From assembly GCF_009914755.1 (NCBI RefSeq), contig NC_060927.1: DNA of 64,000 nt, one strand, 5' to 3'. Origin of the DNA: the human T2T-CHM13v2.0 reference genome, Homo sapiens. The position numbers and the translations under genes were made by a program. Positions 45,673-64,000 of this stretch are shown here, one piece after another (within the stretch, counting starts at the first letter, position 1; each line of letters begins with the position of its first letter). The notes under the pieces were generated by a model that was not told where the DNA came from, made no database searches, and saw only the letters and a program-made list of their open reading frames with translations.

Positions 45673-48600
45673 CCGGCACTTTGGGAGGCTGAAGCAGGAG
45701 GATCACGAGGTAAGGAGTTCGAGACCAGCCTGGCCAACACAGTGAAACCCTGTCTCTACTAAAAATACAAAAATTAGCTGGGCGTGGTGGTGGGTGCCTG
45801 TAATCCCTGCTACTCAGGAGGCTGAGGCAGGAGAATTGCTTGAACTTGGGAGGGGGAGGTTGCAGTGAGCCGAGATCATACCACCACACTCCTGCCTGGG
45901 CGACTGGGTGAGACTCCATCTCAAAAAGAAAAAGGAAGGAAAAGATAGTACTAAATATAGATAAAGAAGTCACAAAATATGCAACCAGTTAGATTAAACT
46001 CATCAAAAGTAAACTGACGCATAAAACTATTTTTTAAATCCCACCTATTAAATTGTGAAGTTATATGATTGCCATTATCATGGTAAACAGAATTATTATT
46101 AACTGCAACACTTTAGATCCCAGAGGTGGCATATGCTCTCAATTTTACCAATAAAAAAATCTGCAAGTGTGGAAATAAGTAGGTTTTTTCCTCCAAAGAT
46201 TATTAAGTATTTTTGAATTATAATAGAACAGTGTATACCTTCACATTAACCCATGCCTGAGGAGACAGAAAATGAAAATAAGGTGTATCTTTAATATCTC
46301 AGCCTCTTTTTATAGTACTTTATTTCTGAATAACATTATTTTTTATAATTATATATATATTTTATTTTATGGTGGTTTAATTTATGTGCTTTTGGCTCAG
46401 AACTGATGTACATATCAAATGTATAAAAGATCTATGGATTTCATAGTTATATAATGCTGTATTTTTTTAAGCAAAGGCTTTATTTTTTCTAGGAAAATTT
46501 AGAAACAGTAATACATGTAGTCTTTCAAAAGAGCAAGATTTAATTTTTTCCATTTTTTAAAGGCTAGAGAATTTCCTCCTTATTACTGAAAACTCTACTA
46601 TTGAAAGCTCCTCTTCATATGTAGGTTTCTATCTTGTTTCTGAGGAAAATAAACAGGTAATTTCAAAAAAGAATGATTATTTGCAGGGCACTGAACCTCA
46701 AAAATGATTTTACGCTTTCTAAAACTACCTGTGTTCTTCAATACTGCCCCAGACACTGGAGCAGAAGGAGCTCCAGGGCCTCCTCTGCAGTCAAAGCGAC
46801 CCCACTTTTATCTGTACCAAGAAAGGTTTCAAATAAAAAGTGTTCCCCTAAAAGAAGCACCATTAAAAATTTCAGGGCAGAAGTATATCTCCCAGGTGTT
46901 ATCAGATCATGTGTGTGACTTTTTCAATCTGCTCATGAGACAGGCCTACCAGACTTTGAAATTACTTCAAACTTGAGGATCCTTTTGATAATGAACACAT
47001 CTGTGATTTATGAGAATGTGGTTGTACTTCATGGACTGCGATTTTTTTTAAGCATGGTATAGAGCTACTACCTACCATCTCTGCAGATTGTACAGAATTA
47101 TCTGTGGCAGGATGCGGAAGATGCAGAGCACCTCAGCCCTAACTTTGTGACCAGCTAAAAGGGTTCCAGAAACTTTACATAAGCAATTCCAGTCAATCCT
47201 TGCTGTTATCCCGTAACATATTTTGGTAATAATCCTATTACTATTTTCAGACCCTTCTAGAATTAAATCACTTCTGTGACTGGATGGTCGTGGAATCTGT
47301 GATATTTAACACTACCTCTCTCTTCCTACCACTTAAACTCATTGCAAAGAACAGAAAAAGTGACTCAATTCTGAATAATTAGTTCTTTATAAGATATGCT
47401 GTCACATAGGAAGAATAATATTTTAGATGTTTTTACTAATTCATAAGACATTTCTAATAGGCAGCACTGCGGTAATATGCTTACTAAGTTCCAGTTTTGT
47501 TTGACCTGCCAGAAGTAAATTGTTCCTGTAAAGTTTTAATAATCCATGACATGTAACTCAGGATTTTTTCTAAAGGTTGTCATTATTAGCACTTATATAA
47601 ATCCAGAAAACATTTTAATGTAAGTTAAGAGCCATTAGGACCTAGGAGGAAAAACGACTCTTAGGGCATTCCTGACATTCAGCGAGGATATTTTGAAACA
47701 ATAATTCCTCCAGACTAACAGGCAGAACCCACTGCAGCCCTATGCTGTGGTGTCTGGAAAAATTCTTTTCATTAGTTCTGTAGATCACAACAGAAGGGGC
47801 CTTTCTCACACAGAGACATCTACTCAGCTTGCTTAGTTTTTGATCTCCTTTCTTCAATTCAGATGGATTTTGTAGGAACTTGCCATGTGTCACACTTTAC
47901 CTTATAAACAGTAATGTATCTTTGGAACAACTCCAAAGAAACTATGAGAACATGTGAAATAGACTAGAGTTTATTTCAAGAAAGGTGCTTTGTAATTATG
48001 AAGTGTTATGATATGTTGTATGCTATAAACATCTGAACACATTCTGAAGTTGTAGATGTTCATTTCTTTGGAGTGTGAGACTGCCATACTCACCTTAATA
48101 ACTCATAATAATCCTGTAGATATTAATATTTACCCTATTCCATTGACTATTATTTTCATTGAAGGTGTGTTTTCAGTCCGAGAAAAAAATAAAAATGACA
48201 AACCAGACATTCCCATTTTACATAAAATCATGGTGTTAAAATGAATCAACCATAGAAAGATATTATTTATAAAACCTCTGAATTGTTCTAGATAGAGAGA
48301 TCCAAAAAGAAAAATCAGACAAGTCATGAAAATAACACTCAACTAATATTCTAAGGCCCAAAGAGAATTGACTTGGGTGATTTAGGGTGCTCTATATTAC
48401 ATTTCTGTATCTGTTGGATTTAGGTTTTTTGCCAAAAGTATCTATTAGAGGCAACTCTTGTGATTTCTTAGTTTTAGTGACTTGGGAATAGGAAAGTAGT
48501 AGAAGTAGTGGGAGATAATGTCAGCCTTGGTTAAAAATTCTAAAATCTAATAAATGGAAACAAAGCAGTTTTTGAAAATTATGCCTAAGGCCAATTTTTT

Positions 48601-49275
48601 TATTATGAATGAAATAAGTAACTTCAGTGAAAGTTTTGTAAAGTATTCAAAATGTTTTCTTGATGTAGTTAGCTTCTTGAGAATTTATGTATTTATTGTT
48701 GTTGTTATTTTACTCTATTTTTTGATTGCTGGTTTGTTTGTTTCCTTTGAATCAAGATTATATGCTGAATCTCAATGATGGTAAGCCATGAGATTTAGAG
48801 AGCTGTACCACGAGCAATCTGATTTACCCAGTTTCCAGAATGTTTGCCTGTTTGCAGCAGTCTGCCTCAATACTGAAGTTTAGCATACTTGAAAATTGCA
48901 AACCTTTAGCTAAAAATAACCATTACACATTCTCACGTTGAAAGGTAAGCCTGGGTATTGAAACAGTCATTAGTGTAGAGAAGGGGTGCCTCAAAAATAC
49001 TCAAACAGCCCTTTCAAACAGTCCATTATTTCTAACTTTTCTATTCCTGTCATCACTACCAGTATCTCCCAGATGACAGAGCTTATAATGCAAAGGGTTA
49101 ATTCCCTACGTTGCTTGGTCTCCTAAGCAATCAGTTACTTTTCTTTTTTAGTTGTTTCCAAATTAGCCTAATCTTTATCACTTCTTTTTCATAATATTGT
49201 AATAGACTAATTGTGTTCCCTGTCTATCTCTTTTGACCAAAGGGAAAAGTTTTGCTTGCTGATGTTACAGTGATA

Positions 49276-49423
49276 AGAAAGGAAAGAAAGAAAAAGAGAG
49301 AAAGAAAGGAAGGAAGGAAGGGAAAGAAAGAAAGGAAAGAAAGAAAGAAAGAAGAAAGAAAAAGAAGGAAGAAAGGAAGGAAGGAAGAAAGAGAGAGAGA
49401 AGGAGGAAAGAGAGAAAGAGAAA
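49276..49423. repeat. Polypurine (GAAA/GGAA/GA) low-complexity tract
   Basis: About 148 nt of uninterrupted A/G. Confidence 0.95.
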
Positions 49424-50404
49424 ATGTTGTTTGAGGTCCTAATAAAGTCCTCAGTCTAGTATTCATACATTTTATCTCTCCAAGCCTGACTCTGTGATCT
49501 TTACAGCTGTCATACCTCCTCATCTTACACTCATTTCTGTTTTTTCTTGCTTTTGTTCTTACCTTCTACACCTTTGAATGTTCAGCTTCTCTCTGTAATC
49601 AAAATTCTAAAATGCTAAGGTTCAAGTAGAGTTAAACTTTTCCCCGAAGCCTTCTTCAAAAATTTACCCTCAAGAATCTTTTCTGTACTATTTCCAGGAC
49701 ATTTTATGACATGGATAGTGTCAATATACCTCATATTTACTAGTTTTCTGTATTTAAGTTAAATTAGGGATAAGCTGATTCTTATATGTTTTTCTATTCC
49801 ACAAATTAGTTTTCTAAATTACAGTTTATGACTCATTTATAAAATCAATTTAGTTCACCAAGAAGTTTATTTTTTCCAATGAAATAGATATGAATAGAAA
49901 ATACCAGAGAGTGGTACATGGAGTAAAGATGAATATTGATTTGTAACTCTTTTGTTTTTGTTTTTTTCTTGTATGTGTATGCACACTCTTCTGTTTTGCA
50001 TCCCGATGTACAAATGTATTTTTTTTACCATGAATCATGGTCGTAAATATTTTTTAAACTTTACGAAAATTATGTCTGTACTCACTCATTCATATGTACA
50101 GTTATTCATGCATTCAACATGTTGAGTATGCTGGAAAAATAAAACATAATAAAATAGTCTCTATCTTGGAGGACCTAGGATTCTCTTAGGATAGATTGAT
50201 AGGTACACAAACAATTGGAGATGATGTGCCTAAATTCTGATATGCAGAGAACAGATAATTCTCTGGGAAGATGAAAGAAGTAATAGCAGTTTCTTAAGTG
50301 TCTCTTGTTGGCACTTATTCTTCATTTTCCTAGTCAGAAATCAGCATGCTACATTTTAATTTAAATACTGTAAAGATATTTGTTTAATGCCTAGTTTCTT
50401 CTCT

Positions 50405-50478
50405 TTTAAATGAATTATATGGTTATTGACAAGTAATGAAGTTTAAATGAATTATATGGTTATTGACAAGTAACAAAG
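50405..50478. repeat. 37-bp tandem duplication
   Basis: tttaaatgaattatatggttattgacaagtaa(tg/ca)aag at 50405 and 50442. Confidence 0.95.
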
Positions 50479-51934
50479 CTATCATATAATATAAAATTCT
50501 GTTTGGGCAGGTTGCAAAAATAATAAAGCCTCTTCAACAGGCTTGAACTATTTTTTTTAAATGATAGATTCATACTTCAGACAAGCTGTATCTACTTAAA
50601 GGAAGAAGTTTCTGTGGAAAAAAATTGGCCTTCGTAAAGTTCCTCTTTACACAAAATAAGAAAACTAACTCATAGTAAATCACCTGTCTTATTCTTTCCT
50701 CATATTATTAAAATAATATGCAAGTATGTTGCAATATAATATAAAATTTCAACAGTAGTATACATGTGAAATGCCATATTGATGCCTAAAAATCATATAA
50801 ATCAATAAAAAATATTTGATAAGCACAACAGATTTAAAATAATTTAGACTGACATTCTATTTTAATTTTTTCTTTCCCAAAATTCAGTGCTCTTTCGTTT
50901 GATTGGGTCTACATTAAGAGCCAAATAAAGAAACGTTTGTATAAAAGGATTTTTAAAACACTTGAGAGTCTCTTTGACATAGCAAACATTAGAATCACAA
51001 TCAAATTAAAAAAGAAAACAGTGGATTGCCATTCTGCAAATGTAACCAAAACATGCTACTGATTTCTAAATAGAGTGCTTTCTTGAAACCTGAAGAAACA
51101 CACCTCAGATGTGTAACCTATCTGCTCCTCTGAATTCTTAGTACATGCATTTTAAATAAGTGGTATTTTATTCTTTATCCAGCCCTAATTAATTTATGTC
51201 ATTATTCTTCATTTGAAGTTCATTCGAAGTTTTTACATATCCTAGTTTCAATACGTGATTTTAAAGTTAAGGAGCTTCTCCAAACAGTTAAGTGCATACC
51301 CACACTGTCTTTCTCCACATGTTACATTAACTGGAGCTCTTTTCTATGTTGTGCTGCATGGCGCTTTTTGTGCAACGCATTTCCAATGGCTTAATCACTC
51401 TATAAAGTCATGAGGAACTGTTTGCTTTATTTTGAGGAATCATGCTTCAGAGTCCAAGCCACTGGAGTTTATGCCCATATTAGGAGGTTGATTGAATAAC
51501 CTTAAAAAAAAAAAAAGAATTCTCCATTTTATTTAGCTTTCTGAAACAGCTTGAAATTTTATTAAATTTTCAGTACATCATGTTTAAGCTAATAATAGGT
51601 ATAAGCTCCAGGAATGAAACTCCAGTTCATTAGTTTTTCTTTCAAACAATCTAGTTTTATTTTCTAAGAAGTCCTGAGTTTCTCATAATTAATATTATAT
51701 GTGTGTGAGTGTGTGTGCTATAGAATTATGATAATTTTTATATGATTGACATAAACTGATTTTACAGATTGAAAATATTTACTTCCTTGAGAATTACTTC
51801 CTTGGAGATTGTGTAGCATTTTTCAATGTAATTGATCTGTCTTAATTCTTATATCTCCTCTGGCATACAATATATTGTTAGTTCATCCAGATCAAGACAT
51901 GATAGCTAACAACTGTATAGAGTTTTATACTTTC

Positions 51935-51970
51935 TTTTTTTCTTATTTATTTTATTTATTTTTTATTATT
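51935..51970 (-). mobile_element. Tail-only retro-insertion (A-rich tail, probably L1)
   Basis: 36-nt T-rich tract between perfect 15-bp repeats gagttttatactttc at 51920-51934 and 51971-51985. Confidence 0.75.
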
Positions 51971-52479
51971 GAGTTTTATACTTTCAAAGGCTTATCTCAT
52001 ACACTAATAGATTTTGTGATGTCCTATTAACCACATGAAGAACACAAAGCATGAAATATTTTTGTTGCCAATTTATAGATGAGAAAACTGAGGCCCAAAG
52101 AGGTCTTCTGACTCCAAATTCCATATTCTGCATATATATATATAACCTGAGTATATAAAATAGTGAAAAGTCAGAATTCTTAGAATTGCCCATGATTACT
52201 GTCAATATGTTGAGATTCCTCTTTTGAAAGTTCCATAAACTCAATCTCTGTTTTTAGAGCTAACCCCTCTCTTCTCCTTTACCTCTCCACTCCTGCTTAG
52301 GCTGCCTGTCTTCGTGCTGCTCAGCCCTGAATCCTGTTTCAGTAGACTTTGGGAACTCAGAGTAGGGAAAAACTCTGCAAAACTCAGTGTCAATCTGAAA
52401 CCCGGAGTGAAAATCTAGTCAGGGAATGAATTATCTAGAAACTAAAAATTCTAGGGACTGCACTAGGTGCTTTCCATCT

Positions 52480-52660
52480 GGTAATTCTTTTATTACATAT
52501 AACAATCTATGACAGGTATTTTCAGCCCCACTTTAGGATGAGCTTAGATATAGAAATGTTAAATGACCTGTCAAAATTCCCTTGATATACAGGGAGGATT
52601 CTAGGATTCACCTCAAGGTCCATGTGACCTTTAAAACTTAGGATCATTTCACTACATCAT
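52480..52660 (-). mobile_element. MIR fragment
   Basis: 'caatctatgacaggtattttcagccccactttaggatgag...gttaaatgacctg'. Confidence 0.5.
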
Positions 52661-54307
52661 TCTCTCAGAACATGCATGCAAGAGTGCTTGTTCTCACAAG
52701 TGGGGTTTCTGAAGACGGTTTAGCCTTTTCTTAAGTTGTTGTTTTGTTGACCTTTGTTCAAGAGCATAAAAACATTCAGCTTTTTTTTAAAGCAAAAAGT
52801 TTACGTCTGCTATTATTTTCACTTACGTAACTGGAAGACCTGACATATACAATGAGCTTTAGAAATTCATCACTCAGACCATAAGAAAGGATTTGCTCTG
52901 AGAAGCTGTGCAAACTGTGGTTATCAAAGAGGATTGGATTGAAATCAAAAGCAATTTGTATTACAACTGTCAAAAAAAGTCCAGGTTAAGCTGCATTACA
53001 TGATATTGGCTTATAGATTAGCTATACTCCATAGATGACATATTTAATTCATGACAGTGTTTGCAGCCCCTAAAGTAAGAAAAGAGCATGCAAAACATAA
53101 ACTCCTGGATAAGGACAATCAGGGAAATGGGAAGGCAGAGTAGAAAATGCTTGTTAAAAATTTTCAATAAGTATCTGTCTTTTGAAAAAGTTTTTCAAAA
53201 TTTCACACAATTAAAGCCACCTAAATTATTATTTAATTATATTTAATTTTTAATGCCCTAAATATATAATTCATCTTTTTTTAAAGCAAATTATCTCATT
53301 AATCTAAGAACACTCTTTAACTCCTATGTTTGTTTGGTTTTCAGTCAGATATGTTCAATTCCAAAACAATTCAGAGTAATTTTGATATAGACGAGTGTAA
53401 AGTCAAGGAGATGGACTTGTCTATAACTAGTCGTGTTCACAAAATAAATCAACATTCCCAAGTTTACAGAGACGCATATACAAGTAATTCTTACCTTAAG
53501 AAAATCAAATGTATAAATGTTTGATTTATGAAACAGACAAATCATGCCTTATGTTCACTATAGAAGGATCTATTGCTACTCTTTGTAACACAGATAACAC
53601 AGATTTCAGTTATCAAGACAACAGAGATACTTACAATGAAAATTCCCAGGTTCTAGTGAATTTTTTTTTGAAGAACATATATTCTTGATTATTGACTGCA
53701 TTTTCTAGTTGTTTTAAATGAATTCTCTTCTATCCTTCTCCCCCAAAAAGTCATACTCCTACCTAAAGTTCTAAGTAAATTTGGAAGATATTTTTGCATA
53801 TGTGGCATTAAAATATGCACTGATTCTTCAAACTTAAAGTATCAGAGAAAATGTTCTTTTCCACAGAACAATAAAACCAAAGAACGGGCTACTTTGGGTA
53901 CCAATCTTTAAAATGCATGTAACTTTTATAGGAGCCAAGAGGAATTTTCCTGGGTCAGGCTGTTCCTCTCAGTTAATTGCCTTGGAATTATGACCCTTCT
54001 TTTCCCTGCAGTGTAGAAATATTAACCCTTGCAATGACACGCTCATAAGCCAATTAATAACAACATCCTGACTCTTTGTGTTTTGTGATTAACCTTCACA
54101 AACCTAAAGGGGTTGAAAAATCTTTGAGATAAAGTAGTTTCCATCAAACATCTTAATCTACTGACAAATGGGACTAAAAATAACTCTGGCATAAAAGTTT
54201 TGGGGGGAAAGCCAAATAGAATCTGTTCACTAACTACTACAGATCCCCTCCAAAAGACAATACACTTCCATGCAGGACACAACCAGACCATTAAAATTAC
54301 TGGTAAG

Positions 54308-54638
<331 letters not shown>

Positions 54639-54799
54639 TTAAATATTCTAATTATAAAACTATCAAAGCATTTTTTCTATCTTTAGGTTTATTTGTAGAT
54701 AAAATATGATTATAATGGTTTGGTGCCAAAAATCTCATAGCAAAAGATTATAAAGAATTTCTATGCAGATAAAAAAACATAATGATCATTTTTTTCATT

Positions 54800-60738
<5,939 letters not shown>

Positions 60739-60928
60739 AAATCTAAAATTCTCCTAAGATAAAAGTTCATTTTGAATGCAGTTAAAAATCCTATCCATTT
60801 TGAAACAATACAAATTTTATCTCAGAATAGACAAGCTGGAACAAAGCAGTGAAGTTCATTTATGCTGCATTATTCCTGAAGAATTCATAAGAGGTTCTGG
60901 CTTATTTTACTTTTCACCTAAAGCCAAG

Positions 60929-60930
<2 letters not shown>

Positions 60931-60960
<30 letters not shown>
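60931..60960. repeat. (GT)15 microsatellite
   Basis: Directly visible. Confidence 0.97.
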
Positions 60961-60961
<1 letters not shown>

Positions 60962-61614
60962 GGGGGTGAGTGGGGTGGGCAGAGGAGATGATGATATAAA
61001 ACATTTCTTCCATTCTATGATATAGCTTTTTCACTTTTTAAATTTCTAAAGTCAGGATATAGTCCACAATTTACGGGAATATTGAATATCCTACAGATTT
61101 TGGATTTTGTTAAGTTCACTTTGGTTTCTTCTCTGAAAAGCTGTTATCAAATCGGTTGTGCATCTTACAATCTATGGTGTTTTATGATTGAAAATAAATG
61201 GTCTATGAACTCCATACAAGTGTAGAGAACAACACTGTTCTTCCCAAAAGAATCATTCAGTTCTTTCAGTTCATACAACAAAATAACTCTACAAGGAAAA
61301 AGTTGTATTTGTTTACTTTTATATTCATAATTCAACTTTGTGAATATATAGGTCAAGGTTTACTGAGTTCAGTTTTAAACATTACCTTTAAATACTATCT
61401 TATATACATATACCAAGGCCTTCTGACTGTCACCAACCAAGTTAAAAAATACTTCAGGATGGGGTATTTGAATGCTATCCCATTTTTTTTGTTTCATATT
61501 AAACTTCTAGAGAATTGAGTGTTGTACTTGGATAATCTCAATACTGAAATCTGTCCCAAATCACAGCAACAGTGCAAAATAGGTAAAATTTCCTGTGTTG
61601 GTTGGCACACTCTC

Positions 61615-61982
61615 TGTCTTAGTCAGTTGGGCTGCTAGAAAAAATTACCATAGACTAGGTGGCTAAAACAACAAACACTTATTTCTCAAAGATCTGGAGG
61701 CTGGGAATTCCAAGTTCAAGGTGCTGGCAGACCCCATGTCTGGTGAGGACCCTAGTGTTAATTTGCAGATGACCATCTTCTCATTGTATCCTCACATGGT
61801 AGAGAACGGAGAGAGATAGCAAGCTTTCTCTTTATTTTTCATGAGGTCACTAATCCCATTTGTGAGGCTTCCCCTTCATGTCCTAATCACCTCCCAATAG
61901 CCCCATTTTCTAATATCATTATAATGGGGTTTAAGATTTTAACATATGAATTTTGGGGGACACAAACATTGAGTCCATTGCA
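61615..61982 (-). mobile_element. MLT1A-type MaLR solo LTR
   Basis: TG...CA ends, 'taccatagactaggtggct','ggggacacaaacattgagtccattgca'; TSD ctctc/ctccc. Confidence 0.9.
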
Positions 61983-62213
61983 CTCCCTTATGGCATATTA
62001 CCATCCAGTCTCTCTTCTTTAAAGGCCTTCAGCTGTGCATGGTGACTTTTTGAAGATAGTCACCATAATTCTCCTCAAGGAAAGATTTTAATCTCCAAAT
62101 TCCCTCCCTGAGTTTTTCTATCCATAGTTCCCATTCTTGTAGAGACTTCTTCATCCTTTCAGATGTTATAGATATATGATAATTGACAATGTATTAATGA
62201 TAGTATATTAATA

Positions 62214-62432
62214 CAAGGGTCAGCAAACTATTGCATGGCCCAAATCCAGCCTGTACCTTTCTGTGAATAAAGTTTTCTTGGAGTCCAGCCACATCCATTT
62301 GTTTAAGTATTGTCTATCACTGCTTTTGCTCTACAATGGCCATGTTAAATAGTTGGGACGGAGAACGTACAGCCCACAAAGTCTAAAATATTTATTATCT
62401 AGCTCTTTATATAAAAAGTTTTCTGACCCATA
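62214..62432 (+). mobile_element. MER58A (hAT-Charlie MITE)
   Basis: 'gggtcagcaaact...ggcccaaatccagcc...aataaagtttt...ttctgaccc'; 8-bp TSD t(a/t)ttaata. Confidence 0.85.
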
Positions 62433-63018
62433 TTTTAATACAGTTGACTTTAGCAACACATATTTGAACTGCACAGGTCTACCTATATGTGGATTTTTTT
62501 CAATAAATATACTGGAAGATTTTTTGAAGATTTGTGACACGTTGAAAAAAATATACATATAAACCTGTAGTCTAGAAATATTTTTAAAAAGTTTAAAAAA
62601 AAGGTCAGGTATGTCCTAGATGCAAAAATGTATGTACATACTATTCATCATTTGCTATAATAAAATGTATACAAATCTATTATAAAAAGTGAAAATTTAT
62701 CAAAACTTATGCACAAACACAGACTAGACATGGAACCATTTACAACTGAGAAAAATATAAACAAATGTAAAGGTGTAGCATTAAATCACAACTGCATAAA
62801 GTTAACTTTAGTGTATACTATATTACCGTAATAATTTCATAGCCAGCTCCCATTGCTATTGCAGTGAGCTCAATCTGCTTAAAACACCATTTCACACTAA
62901 TCATCTCTGCATGAGCAGTTTGTCTCTCCAGTAAATTGCATATTGTAGTAAAAGATGATCTCTTGCAGTTCTTATAGTGTTAGTGTCTCATGCAATACCA
63001 TAAACCTAGAATAACACT

Positions 63019-63619
63019 ATGGGACCAATACAAAGTGCCACTGGTGAGGAAGGAAGTGCTTCCAAAAAGCTGAGACTAGTCATGACATTACAAGAAAAAG
63101 TTAAATTATTTTATATGTATCATACGTTAAGGTCTGCAGCTGCAATTCCCTACCATTTCAAGATAAATGAATCCACTGTCAGGACCACTGCAAAAAAAGA
63201 AAGGGAAATATATAAAGCCATCACTGCAGCTATACCAGCAAGTGACTGACACAACCTTACGGTTTTTGTGAAATATCTTTTTACTCATAATGAAGATGCA
63301 GGTTTTATGTGGGTTCAGGATTGCTATAGGAAAGGCATACCTATAGACACTACTATAATTCAAGAAAAAGTAGTCATTGTATGACAACTTAAAGCAAAAG
63401 AAAATTATAGGTTCTAGAGCTAGAGGTTTAATGCCAGCAAAGGATGGTTTGATAATTTTAGAATGAGATTTGGCTTTAAAAATGTCAAGATAACAGGAAA
63501 GCATCTTCTGCTGAACTAGAGGTAACAGACAAGTTCCCAGACACTACTAAGAAAATAATTGAGGAGAAATAATATCTACCTAAACAGGTTTTTAATGCAC
63601 ACACAAGTTTCCTATTCTG
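63019..63619 (+). pseudogene. Tigger2 pogo-family transposase relic (CENP-B-type HTH to start of DDE domain)
   Basis: VMTLQEKV...HFKINESTVRT; downstream FNASKGWFDNF and YLPKQVFNA; stops, frameshifts and an Alu insertion. Confidence 0.85.
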
Positions 63620-63999
<380 letters not shown>

Positions 64000-64000
64000 G

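Larger units (their letters stand above)
44084..45939 (+). mobile_element. AluS (Sg-like) split by LTR12C (44084-44113 and 45677-45939)
   Basis: Alu text stops at 'aatcccag' and resumes 'cactttgggagg'; Alu TSD aaaagatag(c/t)act at 44067 and 45940. Confidence 0.93.

Noticed and set aside
46673-46976. Two overlapping ATG-started ORFs in unique DNA
   Set aside because: Short, no recognisable domain, and of a length expected by chance.
63019-63249. Domesticated TIGD/CENP-B-like gene
   Set aside because: The frame stops after 76 aa, later frames have stops, the DDE region is interrupted by an Alu, and the TIR is still attached, so it is a dead Tigger2.

Overview
This is AT-rich hominoid (human-like) nuclear DNA, intergenic or deep-intronic, judged by its AluJ/S/Y, L1PA3-L1PA7, LTR12C, MaLR, MIR/L2 and Tigger2 content. 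I recognise no host protein-coding exon, RNA gene or CRISPR array. The recognisable ORFs are decayed L1 ORF1/ORF2 pieces, Alu/LTR12 translations, an ERVL pol relic and a Tigger2 transposase relic. The main landmarks are a 5'-truncated L1PA (7.6-10.1 kb), a nested MaLR>L1>Alu stack (28.8-30.2 kb), a degraded minus-strand ERVL provirus with tRNA-Leu PBS and dUTPase relic (35.4-40.85 kb), a solo LTR12C inside an Alu (44.1-45.7 kb), a twin-primed L1PA3 (58.2-60.7 kb) and Tigger2 (62.4 kb to the end). I found no evidence for a new gene system. The most unusual observations are structural. First, an Alu-L1-Alu composite is flanked by one perfect 16-bp TSD, and its internal junction matches a chimeric, TSD-less Alu 18 kb away. 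Second, an Alu substitution creates a consensus-like splice donor just after the LTR12C promoter. Third, an L1 inversion skips about 2 kb. Fourth, there are two tail-only retro-insertions. Subfamily names come from my recall of consensus sequences, not a database search, and boundaries of old elements are approximate.
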